Shown here: piece by piece, positions 38,391 to 52,338 of the stretch
How the letters are laid out: each line of letters begins with the position of its first letter
How positions within the stretch are numbered: position 1 is the stretch's first letter
NCBI GenBank assembly: GCA_002189035.1
Contig: NEEC01000011.1
Span: forward strand, 2,852,001 to 2,916,000
Reading direction: 5' to 3'
DNA: 64,000 nt
Source of the DNA: Utricularia gibba
Lineage: Eukaryota > Plantae > Magnoliophyta
Notes under the pieces: model-generated
The model's input: only the letters and a program-made list of their open reading frames with translations
Told to the model about the DNA's origin: nothing
Database searches by the model: none
Made by a program: the position numbers and the translations under genes

Positions 38391-39082
38391 CTACAAGGCT
38401 AGAAGAAGAGTGCCAACTACCAGACCAAACGCCGGCACGAAGATCCGGCCACCGGGAGTCAGTTGGGCGCCGCCGTTGGTGTGTGAGGACGGCGGTGGTG
38501 GAGGATTTTCGACATTGATGGCCAACTTGGCTCCTCCATAGCAGAAGCCATGGCCACTGATGAAGTAGTAAGGTCTTGTCACATTGAGTGGCACCACATC
38601 GCGGCCTGCACCTCCAGTCCAGTTGTGGCGGAAGTGAGCCTCGTTACAGTTGATGTAGTCGGTCTCGTTCACCTCCAGCACGTTGTACTGGTTCCGGTCA
38701 TACACGAAAACTGCCACACACAAATCCAAGAGCTGGTGAATGGAATTAGAGTTATACTGAATCCAATGCTACAATCAAGGTACAGTTTTTTCTTTCCAAT
38801 TCATTCTCAACGCCCATGAAACAGCAGATCTAAGCGAACCAGATAACAATGAATCATACCCATGTAAAAGTAGAGGTAAAAAAACAGTCAACCGAAAAGC
38901 ATACATAGCCAATCCCCATTGTAGAAATGCTTGTCTTGCGCCCAAATGGTGTAGTTCACATTGGCTTGCCAGAAGGAGCCACCACCAACCATATAGCGCA
39001 CGGCGGCCGTCTCCGGCAGAAAAATTGCCAGAAACACAAAAGCCGCCGCCGCGTGGAAAACCCTCCGTCGCTGATAATCCAT
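38391..39082 (-). CDS. Early nodulin-like / lamin-like phytocyanin, GPI-anchor-like C-terminus; exons 39082-38905 and 38710-38391
   Basis: Signal peptide, VGG..W..NVNYTIWAQDKHFYNGDWL|FFVYDRNQYNVLEVNETDY..C, YYFISGHGFCYGGAKLAINV, Pro-rich linker and hydrophobic tail. Confidence 0.92.
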
Positions 39083-39504
39083 GAAAGCGAGCAACTCGAC
39101 AAGCCCAGAAATGCGCGTATTAAAGGCAATAAAGACAACCCGTTATGGAAAACAGTAGCGGCTGAAAGACGCGTTTGTGGGGGCTGAGGAATTTTGAATC
39201 TGAATGGCGATCTGTATTTGGGTCTCTCACCTTGTACTGAACCGAAGCATTTAAACCTCAACTTATGCAGGGTCAACGTGGATAGGGTAACAGAGAGATG
39301 GGCCTGCGTTCTGTTTTTCCCTTAAACCGGTCAAACAACTCGGTTTTTGAAAAGCAAACCGGCCGGGTTTGCACATGAACGTCTAGTAAAGCAAACCGTT
39401 CTGAAAAGTTGGGCATTGCTGGAGTCAATACTTCTCTGTCTGAAACGGCTAGCGAGCACATCTCCATGGGTTCAATGTCTTGTAAAAAGACAGCTTAAGG
39501 ATAT

Positions 39505-41092
39505 TCAATCCAATCTTCTCAGTAGATACTCAACCTGCACTTGCTTCGTCAATGGCATGATCCATTCCCCGTAGAGATCAGCAACCAGGACTGGATTGAT
39601 CTTGTAGATAGGCTCATTGCAGACATGGCTGTCGTCGATCGGAATTTCTTCCCCATATTGTCTGGTTTTGAGCTCCACTCTTCTCTTGACCGCCTCTTCA
39701 ACCTTTGGGTATGTTAGGAGCTCCATGAGGCGGGCTCGATCCTGCAGAAAAGCATTTTAGAGAAGAAGGTGGCAGACAACTGGTGGGGTACAGTTAACTT
39801 ACTTGAGCTAGAATAGGAGGTTTGTACAGATCAGGTGAGGCACGAAATTTCGCTTCAGCCACGAATTTGCCGTAGTGAATTCTCTTGGAAAGAGCCTGTG
39901 TATGAAATGTAAGAAAAGCAGTTACTTCACTTCTGGTAAATTCTCAGTAGAGCAAATTGTCCCTGCCCTCATACCTGCAAGCAAATAGTGTCGCATGTTG
40001 CTGTTGATCCGTAGTTGCCATCATCACCTTCTCTAACCAGTCTAGGGAGCAGATTACTGAAGTACATCTCCCATATTTGGCCGTTGATGTTGATAGAATC
40101 AGCCACAGGATGCAGAACCTGCAACAATATGCAGAATGACGATTCCGGTCCATTTTCCAATGGCACAGAAGCAGTGCTCTTACAGATGGATACTGCAATG
40201 GTGGCAACAACGGCTCAGGTAAACCATCTGGGAAGAAGGGGTGCTCATCGGGGCTCTTGTATCGTCCAGCCTGCACAAGAGACCAAGGAGATCATTCACT
40301 GTGTTGCAGACTGATTGAAGAATACCGATGGACACAGCAAAACAAGACCTTGGCGTGAAGCTTTTCAGTCTCCTTGACCATAAACTCTAGAAAAGAATGA
40401 AACCCATCGACCGCAAAGGCATCGGGGTCATACGTCTCTCCGTTGAAGCAAAACTGTGCCCTTTCTACTAGACTGAAGATAATGCTATCCTCTTGTCTAA
40501 TAAGGGAAGTTCTGATGCCATCAAGCGTGTAACTTTGAGACTCGTCAACTCGCTCCTTGGGTGATGATACTCTAGAAAGAAAACAAACAGACCATATTCA
40601 CTAGAATTCAAGAAAAGTTAAAGACAAAAGGAGATAACTTTAACAATGTTTTCAGAGGGATAAGAACAGCGCAGCAATGATATGACGAGGTGTGGGTCTA
40701 CAAACAACCGAGAAAAGGTGCAACAAACTTCTTCAGATGAAGAAACACAGCAACAATGTCTCCTCACAAACATTACACGCATTAGACCACTACATACTTG
40801 AGGAGATCAGAAATAGCAACAGGACCGGAGATTTTCCAACAAAAGGCATAAACAACGCCCACCCCAATTCACAGCCCATCAATCGATTCAAAAATTGAAG
40901 CCATACAAAACCAAGATCCGAACTTTCATACCCATGCGCAGGCGTGGAAGCCCGAATCGCGGGAATTGTGCGACCCGGAGAGGGTAACATGGAATCCTTT
41001 CCCCACATCTTCCAAACACAATATCCTCTGGGGCTCGACATCTGGCTGGCGGAAGAGTTGAACACGGCTCCACACATCTTTAAAGCATCCAT
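39505..41092 (-). CDS. Chorismate mutase, plastid type (CM1/CM3-like), 6 exons
   Basis: Transit-peptide-like exon 1, RVDES..TLDGIRTSLIRQEDSIIFSL.ERA, GRYKSPDEHPFFP, ALSKRIHYGKFVAEAKF, WIMPLTKQVQVEYLLRRLD*. Confidence 0.95.
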
Positions 41093-42035
41093 TTCTTCAA
41101 GAGGGCAAGGGAAAAATGCCCATCCGGGAAATGTTTTTTAAATTGCTGAACAGTTGGGGCAAATCCTCCATTTACAAGAAATGAAGGAATTGTTAGGTGA
41201 TATGGAAGATCAAGAGTTTGACAACTTGCGACAGGGGTGTTGTGTACGACGTATTCCAGTAACTGGCGACATAAACTTCATGGTTAAAGCAGTGACGATG
41301 AGCTCTAAGCAAGCTGAGGGGCGGCATATTTTCTTGCCCAGAAAAATAATAAAAATTAAACTTAAAATCATTATTTCAACCATTTATAAATATAATTAAA
41401 ATACTAAATAAATATACAATTTCATATCATAATTTGCGAGAGTTTTTTAATAACTGTTAGCCTCGGCGCCGGAGGAAGTCGGAAGACTGAGGGCGTCGTC
41501 ATTTTTCACTTGCTCTTGGGTTTAGTGTGTAATACAAGGGGAAGAAGCGCGGGGTCTGCGACGTCAGCGGGATATCCCTGAAGCAAATCGGTAACTCGCT
41601 GTTTCTCGATTGAATTCGTAGCCTTTAATAGTGGCGTCCATGTATCGCGTTCCAGGCGAATTGTAATGTGATGTTCTTAGCTTAAAATAAAACTAGTGTG
41701 AGAGTAGTTGATCCTAATTGGCCATTGAAATAATTACCAATTGGGATCTGTCGATTTGGGAGGTGGGAATCGAGAAAGATCATTTTTTTTGTGTAAAAAA
41801 TGGGGCTATTCATGGGGTACTCGAGAATTGTGTAATGCGTTTTGCGGATGACAAGTTTTGTTAGTGTAAAAGAAGAAGGAGACGTATCTGAGAAAAAGGT
41901 GTGATTTTTATCCTTTTGTAGGCATACTAATCACTCAGTATCCTTGGTGAGCATGATTTTTACTGCTAATTTGCTTTAATTTCAAGGAATTGTGGCGACT
42001 AGGACGTCATGCTTATTCTGTAGCCTATCTAGAAG

Positions 42036-42839
42036 ATGTGGAACTTTGCATCAAGCTGCATCGCAGGAAGTATAGGCCCGAAAAATGATGCATCAAAACG
42101 ACCGATGTGGGATTCGCATGACTGTTCGGATGATGAGGTATCTTCCATAGCTAGCAGAGGGGAGGCCCTGGAATGTCCAATTTGCTGGGAATCCTTTAAC
42201 CTCGTCGAAAATGTCCCATATGTTTTGTGGTGTGGACACACTCTATGCAAAAACTGCATCCTTGGGCTTCAGTGGGCTGTTGTTAAGTTTCCCAATATAC
42301 CTGTCCAGCTCCCACTCTTTATATCTTGTCCCTGGTGCAGTCTCCTGTCAGTGCGTTTAGTATACAGGGGGAACCTGAAATTTCCCCGCAAAAACTTCTT
42401 CCTTCTCTGGATGCTCGAGAGCATGAATGGTGACAGAGTTAAAGCTCCAATGGCTGTCTCCGGTGGTCATCCACCGGCTTGGCACTCACATTCAAAACCA
42501 ACTGGAAGCCACTCAGGGAGCAACCAAAACAGAGGGCGCCACCTTGATCATCCAGAGCCATCCAGATCTATTGCTGACCATTTCCAGTTCAATGGTCACA
42601 ATACCATTGATAGACTGCATCTTTCCATTAAGAAGTCACTTGTCTTCCTTGTTCACTTTACAGCTAAATTCCCCCTGGTGATCATTTTTCTTATCATCAT
42701 CCTGTATGCCATACCTGCGAGCGCAGCCATCTTGGCTCTTTACATTGTCATTACTCTTGTCTTTGCTCTTCCCTCTTTTCTGATGCTCTACTTTGCATAT
42801 CCTAGCTTGGATTGGCTTCTGAGGGAGATAGTTGCTTGA
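42036..42839 (+). CDS. RING-finger protein with C-terminal transmembrane segments; single coding exon and probable 5'UTR intron
   Basis: LECPICWESFNLVENVPYVLWCGHTLCKNC...SCPWC plus a hydrophobic C-terminus; AG acceptor immediately upstream of the ATG region. Confidence 0.92.
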   Translation: MWNFASSCIAGSIGPKNDASKRPMWDSHDCSDDEVSSIASRGEALECPICWESFNLVENVPYVLWCGHTLCKNCILGLQWAVVKFPNIPVQLPLFISCPWCSLLSVRLVYRGNLKFPRKNFFLLWMLESMNGDRVKAPMAVSGGHPPAWHSHSKPTGSHSGSNQNRGRHLDHPEPSRSIADHFQFNGHNTIDRLHLSIKKSLVFLVHFTAKFPLVIIFLIIILYAIPASAAILALYIVITLVFALPSFLMLYFAYPSLDWLLREIVA

Positions 42840-43626
42840 GGCTGACTTGTTATCTACATGTCTGCTTCCTGCTAAGCTCTTTCATGGCGTCACTCCCCCA
42901 CTGGTTTCTTGTATTTACAGTCATCTCCACTCAATGTTGGCAGATGCAGCTCATTGTTTTTTCATCATCTCTGTTAGATGTATTTGTGTAAACTGAACTC
43001 ATCTTGGTTTTCATGGTTAAACTGGCTTGATGCTTTGATGTAAATATTGTACTCCTCCCTATGAACTGGGTTATGTTGAAATGTAATTATAAATGTGTAT
43101 TTAAAATAATATTAATTTTTAGATACATATTTAAAATTATATTAAATATTATTTAGAAGATAAACAAATTTTTTTATTTGATAAAACTAAATAAATGAAC
43201 ATAAACATAAGTATTTGTGATCTTTCGATCAATGTATTCTAGATGTAGTTAGCAATGGAGACATGTTTAGAGGTGTGTAAATAGGTTTATAAAATTTAAT
43301 AAATATCATAAATTTTAATTAAACGAAAAATTGGTAAATGAAAAAGAAAATGTAATTGGGCCTTCTACGGAATACTGTATTTTAAATACTTGGCCCTATA
43401 GCATTTTGGGCCTAGAGTTTGAATTATGTGATGGTGACTCTGCAAAATCCGTTCGCGATATTGGGCAACGAGTGGCGTAGAACATCTCTCGGAATGCAGA
43501 ATTTTTGATAAATTCACATGGTTTCAGTGATTTTTTTGAATCAAAATCTCTTCCAGTTTTTCGGCGGAGTAGAAGAATTTCGCGGTTGATGCTTTAAACC
43601 ATCGGTTTTTTTGACGATTTTTAGCC

Positions 43627-44979
43627 ATGAGAGCACTTCAAGCAACCACTGCCTACAGCGCCGGTGTTGGTGTTTCGTCGATTGCTGTGTCGCCACAGGC
43701 CCCTTCTCGTTGCTTCACTGTCGTCGCGAAAGGTAATAATTTTCAATGTGGGTATTAGGATTGAGGTGCATCTGAAATTATTGGTGTCATTTTAGTCGAG
43801 CCGACGGATAAATCTGTTGAAATAATGAGGAAATTCTCCGAGCAGTACGCTCGGAAATCTGGCACCTATTTCTGCGTCGACAAGGGCGTCACTTCTGTTG
43901 TCATCAAGGTATTCATTTCAATTTCTTTAATGTGATGGGAAACTGGAGCAATAGCTTATTGTTTTCTTGAAAATCCCAGGTCTTGTTTCTTTGTATTTAT
44001 TACTAGTTCCTGGAAGGGGGAATTTTTTTCATGAAACAGTGATTCCTATTCTTGATAATACATGGGCAATCCATGGATGATGCTGATACGTATGCAGGGA
44101 TTGGCGGAGCACAAGGATACATTGGGTGCACCGCTCTGCCCTTGCAGGTGTGTTTCTTACCCAACATTTAGTTAGTTTCAGTTTGTTTTCTCTGTTTCCA
44201 ACTAAGTTTTATGAACTGTTTTGGCTTCAGACACTATGATGATAAGGCTGCTGAGGCACAACAGGGCTTTTGGAATTGCCCATGTGTTCCTATGAGAGAA
44301 AGGTAAAGAATGATATGAATGCTCTAATTGTTTCGGCCTTTATTTGTTATACAGTTTCTTACTTGGCACTGTACTTCCAGGAAGGAATGCCACTGCATGC
44401 TTTTTCTCACCCCTGAAAACGGCTTTGCTGGCAGGGAGCAGGTATGAACATGAGCTCTTCGACCTCATATCTCTGTTTACTTTTCCTGCAAATTGAAACC
44501 CCAACTTGATGCCCGGTTATGTCATCTCGGGAGAGATGTATGTGAAACCAAGTCACCTTTTCCCACACTCCTCACTCTTTTCAAACCAACAATTTCCTCT
44601 TGGGATGCCCCATTTGGCTCTTTATAATGTGCACTGTCTGTATCATGAGTTTCGTTTCCTTGTTACTAGTCTTTGATGTGGGATTACTGGTTATCTACTT
44701 TGTTTCGCAACACGCTTCCATGTTTGTCTCTAAAATGTCTGAATTATGATAGCTGATACTCTGTTTAGTTTCCCTGTTATCTTCTTTGTAAACCAAGATT
44801 TTCCATCGAGGATTACCCTCCATTTCTCAGCCATCTTGCCACTGCTTACTGTCTGAGGTTTCTGAATCATGTTGTCCTTTGAGTTCTCCTTTCCTATCAT
44901 GTTCCTAAGCTGGGAAAAACTTCTCTTTTTGCAGCAAATCTCGATGCAAGAGATACAGGAAACAACAGCAAACTTGTGA
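43627..44979 (+). CDS. FTRC: Ferredoxin-thioredoxin reductase catalytic (beta) chain, plastid, 6 short exons; not in the ORF track
   Basis: MRALQATT...VVAK|VEPTDKSVEIMRKFSEQYARKSGTYFCVDKGVTSVVIK|GLAEHKDTLGAPLCPCR|HYDDK...FWNCPCVPMRER|KECHCMLFLTPEN...|QISMQEIQETTANL*; CPC/CPC/CHC Fe-S and active-site motifs. Confidence 0.95.
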
Positions 44980-45329
44980 TGGATGCGAACCTGCTCTGCT
45001 AAATGTTGTTTGTATAAACGTTACAATGGAAAACATTTTGCCTATATCATTGAACATACTCCCGTTTTCACCTATCCCATGGCACCACAATGAAGAAATT
45101 GGCATCATGGCACGCATTGTGCTCTTTGAAACATGAACTGCTTGCTTCAGAGAAGAGCATTCTTACTAAGAACTCGAAAATATGTTAAGACATGATAGAA
45201 GTGGACGGGGAATCAGGAACCGGCAACCATGAATTTCATATCTTCTCCCGGACCGTTTTTTATCTGGTGAATTTCATCGAACAGTTGGCGTGCTTCCCTA
45301 GATGGATATCGCAGCAAACTTCTAGCAAT

Positions 45330-45515
45330 GGTGGATCCCCGGGACGAGTTCTGTCTCGCCAATCCTTGCTCCAAGGCACAACCCCCAATACTGGCTGCAT
45401 TCGCAACCTCTCCCTACCGAATCTCTCCTCCAACAATGCCTCCGGCCCAATTCCGCCGGAATTGCAATACGTAGTGAATCTTCCCCGTTGCATGGCCCCA
45501 GTAAACTCGGATTGA
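45330..45515 (+). pseudogene. Isolated degenerate plant LRR fragment
   Basis: GRVLSRQSLLQGTTPNTGCIRNLSLPNLSSNNASGPIPPEL matches the extracellular LRR consensus LxxLxLSxNxxSGxIP; no signal peptide, further repeats or kinase domain nearby. Confidence 0.4.
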
Positions 45516-45874
45516 AGCCCACGGCCCACCATGTAAAGAGCAACACTGAACCGTGTTTTTATATAGACCGGACCGGTACAACCGGATATCGTGGCTTTAA
45601 ATAGTGCTTAATCCGAACCGGTTTTGAGCTGTCGTGTTTCCCTTTACAAAAGGAAGTCATTAAGATATATATCCATGGTTTAATGTTTTGCAATTAATGG
45701 TAAATTTTGGGATTATGATCCAAATTATGCACCTTTTATATGCAAACCTTGAAAAAAAAAGACACACACAGAGCGGCTCAGACACACTAAAAATGAACAA
45801 AGAGCCGAACCACACAATCCCTCGAGTTTGGCTGGAAGGGGGCTTAATCATAGCTTAAGAGTGATTGAGCGTCT

Positions 45875-46423
45875 CTAATTCTGATTAACAACTAATCTCC
45901 GGTCATTAACGCACCCCACGTCATTAATGCATGCCCATGCAGAAGGGGAGCCCATCTTCTGGTGAAGGTAACGTAGAAGGAGATCCCTCCGAGTTTCAGA
46001 TAATCGACGCCGGAGAATCGCCGCCTCTGTGCACAGGCGCTGATTCTCCTCGCCGATCATCTGGTTCTGACGGAGGACCACGCGAAGGCTGATCATGAGA
46101 TCTCGATTCCCGTCCTTGAATTTACTCACTTGATTTCTCAAACTCTCCAAGTGCTTCTTTTTCCTCATTCTCGACCGCCGTGCCGATTCCCGGTTCAGTT
46201 TCATTCTCCGTATCTTGCGCTCGTCGGTGGGCTCGCCGGAGTCCTTCGTGTGGGCTCCTTCGGAGGCGGAGCTCGGCGTCACCGGAACCAATGCCTCGGA
46301 TGTCAGGGGCTCGATCTTGAACTGCGCGTCTTGTTGAAGTGAAGCTTCGTATAACTCCCACGGCGGGAAATACAAGGAGGGGAAGGCGTCGCCGCCGTGG
46401 ATCTCCGCCGGGAAGCATGCCAT
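45875..46423 (-). CDS. Intronless group S bZIP transcription factor (182 aa)
   Basis: DERKIRRMKLNRESARRSRMRKKKHLESL basic region (N-x7-R) followed by a heptad zipper (V..F..N..L..L...N..L..E...L). Confidence 0.92.
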   Translation of the reverse strand: MACFPAEIHGGDAFPSLYFPPWELYEASLQQDAQFKIEPLTSEALVPVTPSSASEGAHTKDSGEPTDERKIRRMKLNRESARRSRMRKKKHLESLRNQVSKFKDGNRDLMISLRVVLRQNQMIGEENQRLCTEAAILRRRLSETRRDLLLRYLHQKMGSPSAWACINDVGCVNDRRLVVNQN

Positions 46424-48151
46424 CGTTGCTGAAGAATCATGAAATGGGGGAAAAGGGGAAGGACTATAGCAGCGGAGCCCAACATTTATAGCACCACGAG
46501 CCTCGAGGACATAACCGTAACTTCACGTTCATAAAGACCAGCCATTCCGTGACTCACCCAGCACTGAGACTCGGCGCTGGTGGGGCGGCCAAATCCTCCC
46601 TCTCTTTCTTACGCCATGGAGTGGGCCCCGGATGAACTTAGTGGCGAAGGAACACGGAACGCAGTCTATGTTTCCACGTGGCGCATCAGGGTTGGCTCTG
46701 TGCCCGTGGCTCCCGTCACGGCGTTCGACACGGTGACGCTGACACGGAGGCCCGCATCCGGATCTGAGGAGATATTCCAGTCAAATTCTTGTTTTTCCCT
46801 TTCGCATAAAGTTGACAGGTTCCGCCTTTTTTCACTTTAGTCCCTATTTGTTGGCCAAAAAGTAAATTCTGAACAGTGAAGGGTGCAAAAATCCAATTCC
46901 TGAAAAATTACATTCACACAAAATATTTTCAATTATTATTATTATTAACCTAATTTCCTTTATTTATAGTTACGCACGGTTGCATTGCACATGTTCCCAT
47001 GTGGGGCCTTGAGGTGAGACCCAACCCACGATGGGTCAAAAGAGGCATTGATGCTAAAAGAAATATTTCCTTTTCTAAAGGGCTTAAAGCAAGATAAAGT
47101 ATAGGAGTTCAAATCAAAATTTGTCAAGAAGAAAATACAATGAAAAAGACTCCAATGCACCATGCCTCATACATTTCAATATTCACATCTCTAAACATGA
47201 ACTTAAGGGTATAAGGGTAAATATATAAAATTACTATTATACCCTTCGTTTTCGCACCCTTGATCAAAATTATAATAGGTTATAAGGGTAAATATAATAG
47301 ATTCAAGTAAGTAGTGCTCCTCTGGATTCCGACCGTAGTTGAGACAAGGTTTTCGGTGGGTATGATGGGGACCTAATGCGTTTATGTCACTATGCTAAAG
47401 GTTTCGACCATGATCCCCGTATGTTCAATCAATCCGATTTCGTATGAATGATGTCATTCGCATTTTTAGATGTAAGGTTACGCAGAAAGCGGAGAAAGTA
47501 AGTATAATGATCACGTAAACCTTATATGACACGTTTTTTACGGTATGATATAACTTTTTTGTTAGTAGTTCCAAAATTAAGTGACTATTTATAAATTGTT
47601 GATGAGGATAAGAATGTAAATACATATTTGATAAGATAATTTAATTAATAATATATTTGAGTTATTTATGTTTAGGATCAATGCATATTATATGCTTCAT
47701 ATGAAAATTTGTTTGATACATAGGTTTTGTGCATTTTACGTTTAAAATAAATAAGTTCGCAATTGAGTTGTTTAACAAAATTTACCTTGTGAAATTTTAA
47801 TATGAAGTGTTTACAATTGTTTTGTAAAATATTCATGTATTTTTAAAATAATTTACCTAACAAATATTATTACTAATACAGGAATGTTTAAATAATAAAA
47901 ACAATCTACCAAATATACCCTAATATTGTGAGGAGCGAATGTAAGAAAAACATAAAATGTTATATTAAATTAAAATTTTTGATTTTTTAATGATGTTATA
48001 TGAATAATAATGCTCTAAATTATATTTTTTATATTATGTAAAGCATTTTTAAGATTGTCAATGAGTACTCGTCTTATGCATCTAATTTATTTTATTTTAA
48101 TATTTCAGAAATATAACTTATTAGAATACGAGTAAGAGTGACTTGATACAG

Positions 48152-49926
<1,775 letters not shown>

Positions 49927-50099
49927 CAGTTTCATGTATTACTAGTCTTTTGTCTTCTGGATCGATCTTCATGTCAACTTTATTACAACTGCAGGCATTT
50001 TTTAGTTAAAAACTTGGTGCTGGTTCCTGCTATTTTGGGAAATTGATTTATTAAAATGCAGCACTAGATATATAGAGATCACGAACTCCTCACACAACA

Positions 50100-50173
50100 G
50101 CTCTTGTAGCTCAGTTGGTTAGAGCACCCGTTTAGTAAGCGGGAGGTCTTGAGTTCGACTCTCAACAAGAGCA
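50100..50173 (+). tRNA. tRNA-Thr (anticodon AGT)
   Basis: Acceptor stem GCTCTTG/CAAGAGC+A, D arm GCTC/GAGC, anticodon arm CCCGT-TTAGTAA-GCGGG, T arm TTGAG-TTCGACT-CTCAA; upstream CAA motif and downstream T5 terminator (50180-50184). Confidence 0.96.
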
Positions 50174-50529
50174 CTTCCCTTTTTCTTCTACTTGCTTTTG
50201 GAAACCTTCATCATATTTATTTGGTTCACTTAATTTGTTAGGTTACTTTTTACTACATCAACAAGAATGCAAGCATACATGATTTATGATCTCATCCATA
50301 CTTTTGAAGCCCTCACAAACACCATACTGTTTATATCATATGAAAGGTGGGTACAATCATCTTTGTATAATATACATCAGGACAGAAAGATTTGAGGTGC
50401 TGGTTTTTTTTTTTTCAATTGTTTTTTCAACCTATTTTCCTGGTCACAAGCTCACAGACAAACCAATGGAGATCACAAGTTTCATACTGTCTGTGCCTAG
50501 CTAACCACCTTTCTTTCTTCTACCACCTC

Positions 50530-52338
50530 TTAGCATCCATGGAGGTCCCTCCAACGTAGGTACACAAGGCCAGCTCTGTAATGTGTATAGGCTCCGGCAA
50601 CGACAAGGATGTGGAAAAGCTGGTGGCTGTGCCCGGCGATGTCAAATCTGCCAGGCATCCATCTCTCGGGTACTCTCAGGGCATAAACCAGTGCTCCCAG
50701 ACCATACAATGTTCCCATCAGTACCTCATATGCTGTTGTGTGGAGAGCCTCGGGGTAGTTCCAGAAGAGTATAAGCTTGTGCAGTATCGGTGCCACACCG
50801 GAGCCACCCATTGCGAAGAACAGCGCAGCTCGAATTTTACGGTATTCTGGGGTTTGGAAGACTGGGAGAAGGGAAGCCATGAATGTGAAGAGTCCCAGGA
50901 CGGTGATGAATCCCAGGTAGAGGTTGCAGAAGAAGGGATCACACATGAACGAGTAGTAGACTGGAGGGTAGAATGATGTTGAAATCAGGGCTGCGATCCC
51001 TCCGTAGTCCAGCCTGATCATGATATATGATAAGCGTTCTGAGTGGCATGATAGCAAGTGGCATGCGCTGCTGGCCAGCAAGCAGAACATGGCCCCTCCC
51101 AGGAAGGCGAAGAATGGCCAACGAGTGATCGGTCGAACCAGCAAAGGTGCGATTATGTTGCCAAGATCATTTTTCATGTTACTCTGCAGAAAGAAGAAGG
51201 TAAATCAAAGAATTAGGGACATCAGGAGACTCAAAAGTAGTTAATTCTGTAAGTGAAGAGAACATTGATGATGAAGTATCAAACAAGAATGGCAGTGTCA
51301 AGAATCATTTAACTGATTTCCCTTTGCCCATTCAGGGATTCTGAACTGTTAAATTCCAACCAATGAGACAATTGTTTGAAACATCCACAACACTGAAAAG
51401 GAAAATGCAGTAGAGAGTACCAGAACGCAGGTATCAGTGTGGTTGATGTGGGACAGACTCTCAGGTAAGCAGTTCGATAGTAGCTCAACCACATGCCAAT
51501 TCGACAAGGATGGAAGCAAGTGCATCGAAGTTCTCAACTCCTCCCTGAGCCTGTGCAGATCAGGCATATGCAACAGAGATGGTAGACAAGTTACAAGCTC
51601 AGAGTGCATTATGTGAAAATCGGCTTTCCTCAACACATCTGGTAAATGTTGCAAAGCTGGAAGATCAACAACATTGGGAATCTTCATAGCAGTATAAATC
51701 GTTAGGGCTAGAAAAAGGAAGAATCCTATTAAATGCCTGTAGACAGGAAAGAGAGATCAATCAGGGTAATTCACTTCATTCTAAATCAACGTTAAAGAAG
51801 AGAATACCTCAAAAGCTCCATGAAAAAAAAAAGAAAAATGAAAAGAAATCGAACAACCCCATATTCTACTTATACATCTCATACTTATTTTATCGACCAC
51901 TATGCTTAGTTCCATACACATCAACAAAAAAAAGAAAAAAAACATTATTCATCCAAAAAAGAGTTTTGCATTAAATGAAGAAAGTTCACTCATCACATTA
52001 TGGAATCTAGAAATTGCATTCCACATCTTTCAAAGACCACGAGTTTGAAATTTAAAACTGGAAAAACGAAATTTATACGTCCAAATATTCAGGGTCTCAT
52101 TGTGGATCGAGAAAACGCTGAGAAGAGCTTGCTTCAAAGGCCATTCTGAGCGATAATGTCCGATAATGTACTCATTGTCTTTCAAAAATGCAGGCAATGA
52201 ATGGTAATCAACCAACTGGCACTTGACTTTCTTCCACAATCTTTTTCCCTTCCCTTCACTGGAAGAATGTAGCATCTCAATCTCGTTTGATTCTGACCAA
52301 TTTTTCTGCAGACTTGAATCCTCTTTGTCCCTATCCAT
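50530..52338 (-). CDS. Heptahelical transmembrane protein (HHP4-like, PAQR/AdipoR family), 3 coding exons
   Basis: LPAFLKDNEYIIGHYR.EWP...SIHNETLNIWT|HLIG, ITRWPFFAFLGGAMFCLLASS.CHLL.CHS, RLDYGGI, PERWMPGRFDIAGHSHQLFH. Confidence 0.94.

Noticed and set aside
46200-46230. bZIP basic region reads MKLNRESA instead of the usual MxSNRESA
   Set aside because: The invariant N-x7-R DNA-contact residues are intact; a single substitution is insufficient to claim altered specificity.
47200-47300. AAGGGTATAA/TTATACCCTT inverted repeat and TATAAGGGTAAATAT direct repeat
   Set aside because: Short AT-rich repeats without definable terminal inverted repeats plus target-site duplication; cannot support a MITE call.
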